This document shows, one piece after another, positions 10,911 through 24,485 of a DNA stretch of 64,000 nt. Below the pieces are notes generated by a model. That model was not told where the DNA came from and did no database searches. It worked only from the letters and a program-made list of their open reading frames with translations. The translations under genes and the position numbers were made by a program. The DNA comes from Octopus sinensis (Eukaryota): contig NC_042998.1 of NCBI RefSeq assembly GCF_006345805.1, positions 181,536,001 through 181,600,000 of the forward strand, given 5' to 3'. How positions within the stretch are numbered: the stretch's first letter is position 1; each line of letters begins with the position of its first letter.

Positions 10911-11029
10911 TATATACATATTAGAGGGAAACCACTATGTGGACACCCTTATGCTAGAAATAGATCCATAGCGGATCTATTTCTCGCATAAGGGTGTCCA
11001 CATAGTGGTTTCCCTCTCATATGTATATA
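10911..11029. repeat. Near-perfect hairpin (57-bp arms, 2 mismatches, 5-nt loop)
   Basis: Base-by-base pairing of 10911-10967 with 10973-11029; flanked by TG/TA microsatellites. Confidence 0.95.
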
Positions 11030-11085
<56 letters not shown>

Positions 11086-11171
11086 TTTATCGCGTATATA
11101 AGTATGTTTGACCTAATCTATCTAGCTTTATAAATGCACGTATATAGAGAGAAGTAATAAATCGCTTAGAC

Positions 11172-11448
11172 CAGCGGTTCTCAACTATTTTTTTTTACTT
11201 ATGAACATCTTTTTTTCAAAATTCCTATTTTGTTTTTCAAACATTAACTTATGGAGGTCGAACAATGTAAAACGTTAGAGAAAGAAACCTGGTTCTTTCT
11301 GGCAATAGATAAATCTAAAGCAAAATTGTTTTCATGGACACTTAATATATTACTATGAGTTCCGAATTTTCTATTTTATTTGTGTAGATTTCCAAAAGTC
11401 TTATACGGATCCCCAGGAGCCATATGGACAAACGATTGAGAACGACTG
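11172..11448. mobile_element. hAT (Charlie-like) MITE with 8-bp TSD
   Basis: TIRs CAGCGGTTCTCAAC / ATTGAGAACGACTG; TSD GCTTAGAC / GCTTACAC. Confidence 0.85.
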
Positions 11449-12661
11449 GCTTACACGATATGTTTATCGCTTAGATAAAACCATTTTAACTTAATACTAT
11501 TTTGTAAAATTTTTTATAAAACCTTTCAATAAACCAGACTTATTTCTGTGCCAGCACTTTAAAGAGATAGACAAAGGTAGACACAAATCTACTAAGAATT
11601 AAGTAATAACAGCCTGTTCATAATATCAACAAATACAAGCGACCGGCATTCTTGTTGACATTCTGAATTTTAGCACTTCTTTTTTTTAATTAAAAGCTGA
11701 GTTTTTCTTATTTAAACGGAACGGCCAAATTGCTTTATTTGTTATCTTCTCCAATGGGTTCAAATGAAATAACTCCAGGTGCCATTTTGTAATACACGTA
11801 ACATAATATATACGACAAAATCGTCGTAATCATCCATGTCTAAAGACATGATGTATGACTGGTCACCTGCACGTTGTTGAAACAATTGTAAACCATGGAG
11901 TAAATGTAATACCACTAATTCCACTTATGACTTGATATTATTTATGCTCTACGACGAAAGTAAACCTTACGAATTTTCTGTTTGTTCGAAACCTGAGTTT
12001 CTGCGGGACAAATTCTCCTTTATACAGTTTTAGTTAACCGCCGATCGTGTGAGTACTTCGTTAAGTAAACGCCTGGATCACCCTAATCCTTTCTAGCTTA
12101 GTACATGCAATATATTTCGTCGTCGACGGTCTGTCCATTGTAGGTCAACATTGACTGTTCTGTTCAGTGAAGAAAACGCCTTTGGACCGTGAGTAAGGCA
12201 GTTGGCGTCGTCATCACCACCACACTGCCTCTCCGGGCCTCCACGCCAAGTATCAAGTGATGTAGAAGAGTGCAACGAGCATGATCGACGATGTGGCTGC
12301 CCCACAGCAGCAGCTCGCTTGCTAGTTGATGCACAATCGTTGACTGATGGTATAGATCCTGCGCTTTTCCATAATAAACTTCAAGCCGTTGCTCTAGGGC
12401 TCTTTCGCCTTGTCGGTTATCCAACGCCCTGCTGCTGGCCTCTCTTTACCGCGTCCTGGCACAAGAAGCTAAGGGATTTCTAGCACTTGCCAAAGGTTCC
12501 ACCCCAGTCAACAGACGGAAAGGGCCACTTACTCTCCCATTTTCGGCCTGTCAATGATATGGGTGCTGTACTGTACCGAATACATATGTATGTATGCATG
12601 TATATATGTATGTGCGTGTATGTATATATTATATATGTATGTATTGTATATGTATGTATGC

Positions 12662-13628
<967 letters not shown>

Positions 13629-13710
13629 TCAGTTGAATATGGTACTTAAGTTAAAGGCACCAGAATTTAGTATGGTATTATCCATATAATTCAAAATGGG
13701 GTGATTATAA

Positions 13711-13923
13711 TCAAAATAAGCAACAAGGATATCCAGAGGTAATGCAGTACGATCGTTTCATGCAACTCAATTTCATTGAACAATGCAAATATTACATCAA
13801 TTTAAAATGTAGAGCAATCTTCAGCTGCATAAATTGATGTAATATTTGCATTGTTCAATTAAATGGAGTCGCATGAAACGATCATACTGCATTACCTCTG
13901 GATATTCTTGTTGCTTATTTTGA
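13711..13923. mobile_element. Foldback/MITE-like palindrome (94-bp arms, 5 mismatches, 25-nt spacer)
   Basis: 13711-13804 is the reverse complement of 13830-13923. Confidence 0.9.
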
Positions 13924-14249
13924 GTATATATATATATACATACATGATGTGTGTGTGTTTCTTGAGAAGTCTTGCAAATTTTTATTGTTCCACTTACAGA
14001 TTGTATTTGTAAGGTTGATTTTCTTTTCTGAAAATCCATGCTTATCCAGACTGTCAGTTAGGCATTTACTCACAAAACCAAGTGCACCAATTATTATTGA
14101 TATAAATGTAAATTTATAATCTGGATAAAGAAGCTGAAGGTGTCAAAGCAGTTGCTAATAGTTGTCCACTTTCTCTTTGAAAATCAAAGAGATAGGGAAG
14201 CTACTGATGCATAGATTTTTGGATCTGAAAGACTGATTTCTGCATTAAA

Positions 14250-14276
14250 CTATATGTATGTATGTATGTATGTATG

Positions 14277-14310
<34 letters not shown>

Positions 14311-14483
14311 TGTATGTGTGTATGTGTGTATGTGTGTATGCGTGTGTGTATGTATGTATGTATTATTATGTATGTATGTATGTATGTGTGTATCTGTGTG
14401 TATGTTTGTGTGTGCACGGATGTATGTATGTGTGTGTACGTATGCATGTATATACGTACATACATATGTATATAAGTCCGTAC

Positions 14484-14514
<31 letters not shown>

Positions 14515-14546
14515 TGTATGTATGTGCATGCATATGTATGTATATT
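14250..14546. repeat. (TATG)n/(TG)n compound microsatellite
   Basis: Direct reading. Confidence 0.97.
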
Positions 14547-14869
14547 AAATTCCTGTAGTCTTTTAAGATTTGTTCCAAACACCAAATCATAAAAAATTAG
14601 TTATTTTACAGAACCATGGAGATTGGTGTGGCTGGGTGGGCTTGCAATAGAATGAACTCTATTAAACGCACTCAAGCTCCAAGTAGATTACTGTGGGATT
14701 TGAACTGAGAAGACAAAGAGCTGAAATTAATATTACAAGGCGTCTAGTTTGATGTTTCTCCTGTCCTCTGCTCTAGATCAATGCTTCTTATCGAACCCCA
14801 AAAGGACTAAGGTTATACTTGACCTCAGAAGAATTTGAACTCAGAGTATAGAAAGTGAGAACAAATACT

Positions 14870-16290
14870 ATGCCAAAACCTAAACTCCCAACAACAGCAG
14901 TTCTCAAAATCTCCCTACTTGGTATGGAATGCAAACCATACAGTCACCTTTGTAACATGAATGGGTTGAGCACCCCAAAACAGGCAACTCGATCAGTTCA
15001 TCCGACACCCAGTTCATGTTCCAGGTGTGCAGGTTGAGGGCACCTAGATATCACCCATGAAGGAACAGACACCGCAAAGCAAGCGTCACAGATGAAAGCC
15101 CTACAGACCATAACCTACACATGCATCAAAGCCCACCTCTATCCCAGAACTTTTTCTACCAGTCCAGCCAGCCCATCAAACTCCAAGACAACCCCTTCAA
15201 CACATCCCACGATGCCAGATTCCAGAGAGAAGCTTCCTGCAATGGTGGGGCAGAGATATGCTATTATGCAGACTCCTCCCAGCCTGTTAAAGGTAACAGC
15301 AGCTGAGCCCTAAGGCAATGGCAGCCATAGAAGGTAGCGGCAGGTGAGCACCCAACACTCCAGCCCAAGAATTTCGTTCCTACCAAACCAATGGTTAAGT
15401 TGAAGTTCTGGCATGCCCTTACAAGATCGTCAATAAGGCACTGCAGTCACTTCCCCTGAGTATGTTGCTTTCACCTATCATCCATAAACAGCACATCCTT
15501 GATGAGCAGCCAGTGCACTTTGGCTTTTGACCCCAATTGGTAGAGACCAAGCAGCCTCCAGCCAGAACGCTAGTGGAGGTAGATGCCATCAGCCAATCCC
15601 AAAAGGCATTATTATTCAGCACAACAGCAAAGAAGATGTCAAATAGGACATGTGAAAGGCCAGCGCCCCTCTCTATATCATTACAAGTACCAAAATACTC
15701 CGAATATGAACCATCACATCAGAAAAGGCCCCTATCCTTTTTCCATGTAGAATGCCTTAAGAATCCCGATCTACTCCAAAGGAAAGACCAATCCTGGAAA
15801 GAACGCCAAAATGGCCACTTCTACCCACAAAGTAAAAGGCCACCTTGCAATTTTCTGACGCAAAACAGCGATGAGACTTACAGCTCACCACTTCGGTGAC
15901 ACTTCTGCAGTCTACCTTTGATCAAAGGAGTGAAGAACTACCACCATCACCAACAAGGCCCAGAAAAGACACTCATCTGCTGCTGCTGTAATCATCACTG
16001 CTCTCTTTTCTTCCTGCGCAAAGTGACAATATTTCAATTTTTCATGTCATGTGGTACTACTGGTACAGACGTCTATGCAGGTGGCCTCCCTACCCCCAAT
16101 GGTCCCGAAAAGTATGTTACCTAATTTTGACCTTCTGCTAGCAGGAAGACAATCAATGACTCCCAGCCAGCTACCCATGTTAGGGCTGCATCCAGTTCCT
16201 CCATCACAGATAAGCTGAGATTAATGAATGTTATCGCACCACTTCAGATCTGAACAGCCACCTCAGACACTGGCACCCATCAGGATGAAG
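14870..16290 (-). mobile_element. Old degenerate RTE LINE (RT region)
   Basis: Broken frames LFDIFFAVVLNN, GIYLH, LIKDVLFMDD (FADD motif) and ACQNFNLTI. Confidence 0.7.
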
Positions 16291-16346
16291 AAACTGAATC
16301 ACTCGCTACAGATTAACTACTCGGATATAAGTTAATGCCGATGATG

Positions 16347-16385
<39 letters not shown>

Positions 16386-17055
16386 TAGATAGATAGATAG
16401 CTACATACATACACACACACACTTGTATTCATATATGTATGTACATATGTATGTGTAAATATATATATGTACACACATATATATACATACATATTCATAT
16501 AATATATATTTAAGCACACACACGTGTGTGTGTGTGTGTGTGTGTGTGTGCAATCCATAATCATTAGTCTGACAAATTATTTTTTATAGGACTAACGATT
16601 ATGGATTCACTCTCATTTTCTTATTCTCTTTTATTCACCCTCAGACTCATCTTTTTTCGGATACAGCTTCTCTCTGAACTTATCTCCTCTCTCCAGCAAT
16701 TTGGTAAAAGTGATTTAGCACAAAACCTATTTGGTATCAGACATTTTTGCACCAAGAAATTTTTTTCTTTCTTTATTCTGCATAACAGCTGATCATTTTA
16801 CTAGTCAGACATCAATGATCACACAAACTAAAAAAGTTTACAGATGCTCATAATTATCAAATGAAAAGCTGTGACTACACAAGGAACTTTTTTTGCAAGG
16901 CAGAACTGCCCTGGAAATATTTTATCTGTATGTAAGAGATTTCTCTTTTCTCTGCTGCTGATCAGTTAACGATTTGCAATGAAGGATAGATTATCTTCTA
17001 TAATCTATCTTCTCTCTTTTCTCATAAAACTTCATACAATGTTAAATTTAGCTTA

Positions 17056-17415
17056 TCATCATCATCATCGTTCAACATCCACTTTCCATATTAGCATGGG
17101 TTGGACGATTTGACTGTGGTCTGGCGAACCAGATGGCTGCACTCGACTTCAATCTGATCTGGCAGAGTTTCTACAGCTGGATACCCTTCCTAACGCCAAC
17201 CACTCCGAGAGTGTAGTGGGTGCTTTTACATGCCACCGGCACGAGGGCCAGTCAGGCGGTACTGGCAACGGCCACGCTCAGATGGTGCTTTTTATGTGCC
17301 ACCAGCACAGGAGTCAGTCCAGCGGCACTGGCAACGACCTTGCTTCGAATATTTTTCACATGCCACCAACACTGGTGCTAGTTAGGCAACGCAGATAACG
17401 ATCACGCTCGAATAG
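17056..17415 (-). mobile_element. SINE family A ((GAT)n tail, internal ~60-bp tandem units)
   Basis: Core CATGCTAGCATGGGTTGGACG..CTGGATGCCCTTCCTAACGCCAACCACTCCGAGAGTGTAGTGGGTGC recurs at about 17 places in the window. Confidence 0.85.
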
Positions 17416-17724
17416 TACTGTACCAACAAGAAAAATCAGGTACTTTATTCTATAATACTTTGTGTAAAGAACTTTTTTTTAAATTAATTAAAAGTTAAAT
17501 ATGCAGGTTCTTTAACTTTGTCTAACCGAGAAGAGATTCTCTCCCTTTTGATGACAAATTCCCCACCAGAGGGAAAACACAGGTTTTAAATAAGGCTCTA
17601 TTTTTAATAAATCAGTATAATATTATTATTATTATAACAATAATCACTTGCTTTGTATTTATGTCATGTCCCTGGTGGATTTACACTCATTCGGCTTCCA
17701 AACCTACAACACTCAGTTTCCCAT

Positions 17725-18977
17725 CAAGGGTGAGCTGAAAAGTTCATAGTTTGACTATGAAAGAGTGATGTTAGGGCTGTGAAATACTGCATGGATTAAT
17801 TTCAACCCTTCTTATCAATAACTGCATCGTTTCTTTCCAGGTAAACTGCCATCTGACTGTTCAAAGAAAACTTCAAAAGTAACTAACAATAACAGCAGAT
17901 ATGACGTCATCATCATCGTGATACTGTTTCCCAGCCAAGTGCTTTTCCATGTCGAGGAACAGATGATAGCCAGATGGGACCAAATCAGAATAGGAGGGGT
18001 TATCAACCAGTTCAAAGCCACAGTCACGCACAGCAGCCATTGAAACCAAGGATTTCTGTACTAGAGCATTGTCCCAATGAAACAAGACCCATTTTGTCAG
18101 TTTTCCAGGGCATTTGGTCTTGAGAGCTCATCGTAATTGCCTCAGCAAATTGCCATAGTACTCTCCATTGATAGTGTAGCCCTTTTGAAGATTATCAATA
18201 AACACAATGCCTTTTGCATCCCAAAAAACTGAGGCCAACACCTTCCATGAAGATGAATAACTTTAGCTTTCTTTGGAGTAGGTAAGGAGGGGTGTTTCTA
18301 TTGCATGGATTGTCTCTTTGTCTCTGGCCCAAAGTGATGAAGCCACTACTCACCCTGGGTTAGGAATAGCTCAAGGAAACCAGCTGGAGCTACCTCAAAC
18401 AATGTCAGATTTTCCTAGTGCACCTATGATCAGGTGTCAGAAGACGTGGCACCCACCGAGCAGAAACGTTCGTCATGTCAAATTCATTGTGCAGAATATT
18501 CTCAACTCTCTCACAGGATATGCTAATAGCATTGGCTATTTGATTTATAGTCATTTGCCTGTCATCCATCAGCATGTGGTGAACACAATCAATGTTTACC
18601 TCGGTGGTGGCAGTTGCAGGACGTCCAGACCTTGGTTCATCATCTTCAAGACTCTCCATTCGCCTCCTAAATTCAGCTGCCCACTTTTTGCACTGTTCAT
18701 AAAGCTAAAGTATCACCCCCTAATGTAGTAACCATGTCAGTATGAATGTCCTAGGGAGCTAAACCCTTTTTCTGCAAACACAATGCTAAATTTTGCCAAT
18801 TTTCAAGAGAAGTCATTACTAGTTACTTTTGAAGTCTTCTTTGAACAATCAGATGTCAATTCACTGTGAAAGAAATAAGGCAGTTATTAACAAAAACAGT
18901 TGAAATTAATCTATGCTCAATATCACCGTTCTAGCATCACTCCATAATCAGCCTATGAACCTTTCAGCCCACCCTTA
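17725..18977 (-). mobile_element. Full-length but inactivated mariner (DD34D-type) transposon
   Basis: TIRs CAAGGGTGAGCTGAAAAGTTCATAG / CCTATGAACCTTTCAGCCCACCCTTA-TA. Fragments EPRSGRP, SARWVPRLLT, HWDNA and YSDLVPSGYHLF, broken by stops and frameshifts; ~1.25 kb. Confidence 0.92.
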
Positions 18978-19044
18978 TACAGCCGCAGTGAACACAGGGC
19001 AACTAGTTTTTATTATACATTTTTTTTAAAGTATATAGTGAAGA

Positions 19045-19355
19045 TGCATGATTCAGTGATTTGAGCATTGGGCTCAAAATCTTGAGGTATTGAGTTCAAT
19101 TCCCGAATCAAGCAAGACACTTTATTTCACACTGCTCAATTTCACTCAGCTATAGAAATGAGTTGCAACGTCACTGATGCCAAGCTGTATCGGCCTTTGC
19201 CTATCCCTTGGATAACATCAGTGCCCTAGAGAAGGAAGACTGGTATGCTTGGGTGACAGCTGGCATTTCATAAACAACCTTGTGTGGATTTGTGCCTCGG
19301 AGGGAAACTTTCTAGGTGCAATCCCATTGTCATTCATGACCAAAGGGGATCTATT
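19045..19355 (+). mobile_element. tRNA-derived SINE family C (CORE-like centre)
   Basis: Head ..GAGTTCAATTCC..CAAGACACTTTATTTCAC..CTCAGC; tail CATTCATGACC.AAGGGG. Other copies at 34678-35215 (+), 56985-57395 (-), and related heads at 35593-35850 and 56405-56580. Confidence 0.75.
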
Positions 19356-19596
19356 TTAAAGTATATAAATCACATCTTATATTCCAGCAAATTCGGTATC
19401 TCATTTTCATTTAAATCCATTTCTCTCCCTCACCCCTCTCTTTCTCTGCATATGTTTGTGTGCATGTGGAGTTATTTCAGTGCCATATCATTAAAAAACG
19501 TCAGTAAAAACCATCAACAAAATATCTGCACCCAATTGTTCCATTCTGTTCTAGATATGCAAACACACATACATATAATTAAACAAGATAATAGGT

Positions 19597-19945
19597 ACAG
19601 GCATGGCTGTGTTGTAAGAAGCTTGCTTCCCAACCTCGAGGTTTTGGGTTAGGTCCCACTGCATAACACCTTGCGTAAGTATCTTCACACTATAGCCTGG
19701 GGCCGAACTAAGCCTTGTGAGTGAATTTGGTAAACAGAAACTGAAAGTCATTCGTGTGTGTGTTCACTACCACCACTTGACAACCAGTGTTGGTGTGTTT
19801 TACGTCCTTGTAACTAAGCAGTTCAGCAAAAGACCAATAGAATAAGTACCAGAATTACTGGGGTCGAGGTCAATTCATTTGATTAAAATTGAAGGTGGTA
19901 TCCTAGCATGGCCGCAGTCTATTGACTGAAACAAGTAAAAGGAAA
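19597..19945 (+). mobile_element. tRNA-derived SINE family B
   Basis: GGCATGGCTGTG..AAGAAGCTTGCTTCCCAACC..AAGCCTTGTGAGT..CAGCATGGCCGCAGTC..TGACTGAAACAAGTAAAAG. Copies at 28884-29286, 45257-45420, 50425-50750 and 54800-55145. Confidence 0.8.
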
Positions 19946-19948
19946 GAG

Positions 19949-20224
19949 TCATCATCATCATCGTTTAACGTCCGCTTTCCATGCTAGCATGGGTTGGACG
20001 AATGACTGAGGGCTGGCGAACCATATGGCTGCCCCAGGCTCCAATCTTGATCTGGCAGAGTTTCTACAGCTGGATGCCCTTCCTAATGCCAACCATTCCG
20101 AGAGTGTAGTGGGTGCTTTTACGTGCCACTGACACATGGCCAGTCAGGCGGTACTGGCAATGACCTCGCTCAAATCTTTTACACTTGCCACCAGCACAGG
20201 TGCCAGTAAGGTGATGCTGGTCTG
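19949..20224 (-). mobile_element. SINE family A
   Basis: CATCATCATCATCGTTTAACGTCCGCTTTCCATGCTAGC... core. Confidence 0.85.
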
Positions 20225-21453
20225 AAATATGAAGACATAAAATAAACAAAAACATTTTTACTATTCATTTTCCCATGCTAAAATGGTTTGGATGGAGATT
20301 GCAAGCAGCATGAATTACTGTGGCATAATTTTTTTTCTTGTTTTTGTTGGAGATGAAAAGTCTAACCCAGAAAACTATAAAATTCTAACTATGATCAAAA
20401 GAGTTCTACATTTTCCAAAATGTGTCGATATCGTTGTTGATTTGTGCTTCAGAATAGTATGAATATCACAATTTCAGTATAAGTGGCTAGTAGTAAAATA
20501 AGTTAAGCCAGAATATGCTAATATTCTGGAATGTTGGCAAAATTTTGGTTAAACCTGAAGTACGCCAGGTGTCCATTTATCTTGATATTATGTAAGAAAA
20601 AAACAGTATAGAAACTGGGGAAGTTTAGACACAAAGAAAACTATTGAGTAAGAATATCACATTCCCAAAGCATAGAACAAGCATCATCCTTTCTCTCCCC
20701 ACCCCCACTTTCCGCTTTCCATGCTAGCATGGGTTGGACGAATGACTGAGGGCTGGCGAACCATATGGCTGCCCCAGGCTCCAATCTTGATCTGGCAGAG
20801 TTTCTACAGCTGGATGCCCTTCCTAATGCCAACCATTCCGAGAGTGTAGTGGGTGCTTTTACGTGCCACTGACACATGGCCAGTCAGGCGGTACTGGCAA
20901 TGACCTCGCTCAAATCTTTTACACTTGCCACCAGCACAGGTGCCAGTAAGGTGATGCTGGTCTGAAATATGAAGACATAAAATAAACAAAAACATTTTTA
21001 CTATTCATTTTCCCATGCTAAAATGGTTTGGATGGAGATTGCAAAGCAGCATGAATTACTGTGGCATAATTTTTTTTCTTGTTTTTGTTGGAGATGAAAA
21101 GTCTAACCCAGAAAACTATAAAATTCTAACTATGATCAAAAGAGTTCTACATTTTCCAAAATGTGTCGATATCGTTGTTGATTTGTGCTTCAGAATAGTA
21201 TGAATATCACAATTTCAGTATAAGTGGCTAGTAGTAAAATAAGTTAAAGCCAGAATATGCTAAATATTCTGGAATGTTGGCAAAATTTTGGTTAAACCTG
21301 AAGTACGCCAGGTGTCCATTTATCTTGATATTATGTAAGAAAAAAACAGTATAGAAACTGGGGAAGTTTAGACACAAAGAAAACTATTGAGTAAGAATAT
21401 CACATTCCCAAAGCATAGAACAAGCATCATCCTTTCTCTCCCCACCCCCACTT
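19971..21453. repeat. ~740-bp near-identical tandem duplication
   Basis: 19971-20710 versus 20711-21453; the only differences I found are three 1-bp A-run indels. Confidence 0.95.
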
Positions 21454-21495
21454 ACTGAATATGGCTCTAAGATCCACATTTTAAACCGTCTATAC

Positions 21496-21764
21496 AAGGG
21501 GTTCTCAACAATTTTTCATCTATGGACCCATTTGGTTACTATTTTATTCTGGTGGACCCCCACCCCTATAGCCATGTTTATAAACCAGTTATTCCTATTT
21601 TGTTATTCACAAATTAACTGTAGGTTGAACCATGTAGAATTTTAAAGAAACTTAAATGTTTCTTGAAATACATACCAACACATTTAAAACAATTTTTTTT
21701 CGAGTATCCTTAAAATACTGTGGATCCCCAAAAGCCTTATATGGACCCTGGTTGAGAACCATTG
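21496..21764. mobile_element. hAT (Charlie-like) MITE, same family as 11172
   Basis: AGGGGTTCTCAAC ... GTTGAGAACCATTG termini; GTCTA-containing flanks on both sides. Confidence 0.8.
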
Positions 21765-22423
21765 GTCTACAAAGAACCTGTTTAAAAAAAAAAAACTGTT
21801 CGAAGGAGTTGTTTCCCTTATGTAACAGGCTTCCTAAGTTACTTCCCTTATTTTTAGTTGATCTATCGTACTGTTTATTTTAGTATTAAAAAGTATAATT
21901 TCTTTCTTATACACAATTTACATTTCTTGGAAATTTCAGAGTTTCCGGTGTAGGATTCAATGGTATATTGTCAGTGTAAACGCGCTTGGTTTTACGGAAA
22001 AGATTACTTAGCTTTTAACCCAAAATAAAATGATGACACATCACATGTTCAGTAAACTAGGCTTTTATGGTCTTAATACTTCTCAGACACTTTTAGCAAA
22101 GTCATCACCACTCTTAGATACATCTCATAAGCGTGAAAGAGAACTTGATATTGATTTGACGAAATGTCAAAGATATTTTATATAAAATTCTAGTACCAAA
22201 ACTTAAAAATCCACCCTGCAGCTTCTAATCTAACTATCCTAGACTGGAGAACTATTTTTCATAAACTGAATGCACAACACTTAAGCTTTCATTCTTATTG
22301 TTTATATTCAAAGCCCTTACTACTAACACTTTCTTGGAAGCAATACCCCAATTTTGCAATTGACCGAAGTTGATGATATACTATGTATATCCTGCTTGAA
22401 AAAGTATCACTGCAAAACTGGTG

Positions 22424-22461
22424 CACCTGAGCACTGTATACAATAATTTAATTATTATTAT
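22424..22461 (+). mobile_element. Very short CR1 3'-tail insertion
   Basis: GTGCACCTGAGCACTGTATACAATA..(ATT)n matches the tail of the CR1 at 58496-58893. Another copy at ~44845-44901. Confidence 0.6.
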
Positions 22462-22825
22462 TAAAACATCAGATCCAACTAAAAGGATGGACATTAGGAA
22501 GATCCAGCCATAAAATACTATTTTAAAAAGTTGCATCCAAACTGTAGCAGCATGGAAAAGTGGATGCAAAAACGATAGTAATGGTGAAAATTTGATAATT
22601 TTTTCATTTGGTAAAATACCTTTCAGTTTCATCTGGTTATCAGGTATTTTGTGTATACACACGAGAACAGGGACTGAACTCAAAAATTTGTTCCAATACT
22701 CATCCTCTATAGCAGAAATTTACAAGCAACCAAAAAAAAAAAAATACACATGTTCAATACCAGCTGAAGTAGATGGACATGGCACCTATGGATAGACTAA
22801 ACCCATCAAAATAACTTGTTAGTTA

Positions 22826-23198
22826 TCATCATCATCATTGTTTAACGTCTGTTTTCTATGCTAGCATGGGTTGGTCGATTTGATTGAGGTCTGGCAAACC
22901 AGACGGCTGCACTAGAGTCCAGTCTGATCTAGCAGAGTTTCTACAGCTGGATGCCCTTCCTAACGCCAACCACTCCAAGAGTGTAGTGGGTGCTTTTATG
23001 TGCCACCGGCACGAGGGCCAGTTCAGCGGTACTGGCAACGGCCATGCTCAAATGGTGCTTTTTATGTGCCACCTGCACAGGAGCCAGTCCAGCAGCACTG
23101 GCAACGACCTCGCTCAAATGTTTTTTCATGTGCCACCAGCACAAGTATCAGTAAGGCGACGCAGGTAATGATCACGCTCGAATGGTTTTTTTTTTTAC
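22826..23198 (-). mobile_element. SINE family A
   Basis: Same core plus tandem units. Confidence 0.85.
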
Positions 23199-24359
23199 GT
23201 GTTAGTAAAGTAGATATTAAAAAGAAAAATCTGCCACTAGCTTTGATAAATTTTTCAATTTTTTCTGATTAACCCTTACTTATTACATCTCAAATTGCTT
23301 GAGAATTTTTATTTTTATAAATATTCCAAACCACAAATCATTGTAAATCTGACTAGCCTGCATCATTCCTGTTTAAATTAGTTGTACTCAACAGTATCAC
23401 AAAATAAATGCAGTATGCATTCTATGTGCTAGATTGTATTCTCTAACTCCAAAACTACCATAGTTCCTTTAGAGCTGTCAACACAAAAAAAATGATAGCT
23501 GCAAGACAAAAATAATTAAGACAACTAAATTGTTATATTTTAATTAACATGCTCAAGTATGAAATGTCAGAAGGAGGTTAATTATTTTGATTTGTCAACA
23601 AAAGAAATAAAATTTATACAGAACACCAAGTCAACTTTTAACAATTAGCTGTTTATTATTTATATTACAAAATTTCTTTTGATTCAACATCCTGTTAGAA
23701 AAAAATTTTAAGCAGAATACAAAAATAATTACATTATATATATATTTTTTAGGAACTGTACATAATTAAGAAAATATAACAAGAATATATAATTTAAAAA
23801 ATCACTACAGTTTAGTTTTAATTACTGACAGGCCCAAGACAAATTTATAAGAGAATTAGGTTTGTACCTTTTTCTAATGCATTAGTGGTACAGAAATTAT
23901 AAAACCAAATCAACTCATGAATTAATTTCCCAGGAGATCAGATCTTGCTCTAGGGTGTTTGTTACACACTATTAATTTTTTCTAAAGTTTATTAAAGTTG
24001 GTGCTAATTGGTAAAGAGTTAAGTCTAATGAGAAATGAATTCCTTTTAGTAAGGTACCAAAATAGTTACTCTAAAGCCTCGCTAACATCAGCCATCTCCA
24101 CTACACTCATACAAAATATTAGGCAAGCCAAAAATAAACTTAAATATTCATTGAAACTGAACCATGTAGCATTTAAATCTCCCTCCCCGTTACAATTAAC
24201 ATTAAACTATTTTATTTCTGGAATTGATGCAAATATATACAAAACATTAGTTCTGTCACCACTTGCTTGTATTAAACTACTAATTCTGAAGTGGCCTGTC
24301 TATTATTAACTATTGGGCAATCAAAGTAAGACAAAAAAATTTCATCTTCCACTTGAAGA

Positions 24360-24485
24360 TCAGCTTTGCTGGTCAACAGAAGTTTCTCTCTTCAGCCAGT
24401 TGTATGCTTCATTCTTTCCTTGCTTCAAAAGAATTGGTCCAATAATGTCAAGACACTTTTGGTGATAATTATCAAGCCAACATTT
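24360..24485 (-). CDS. XPNPEP1: XPNPEP1 coding exon 22 (KCWLDNYHQ...VDQQS*)
   Basis: TTTAG acceptor; TGA at 24362-24360. Confidence 0.93.
   Translation of the reverse strand, partial: KCWLDNYHQKCLDIIGPILLKQGKNEAYNWLKRETSVDQQS

Larger units (their letters stand above)
9750..11913. repeat. Pair of ~125-bp diverged inverted repeats (9750-9876 / 11786-11913)
   Basis: ACTCCATGGTTTACAATTGTTTCAACAAC.TGCAGGTGACCA..CA.ACATCAT.TCT.TAGACATGGA.GAT.ACGACGATTT occurs in opposite orientations. Confidence 0.8.

Noticed and set aside
14245-14590. MYVC/HTYI-repeat ORFs (also 5161-6105, 12480-12993, 16313-16564)
   Set aside because: Microsatellite translations.
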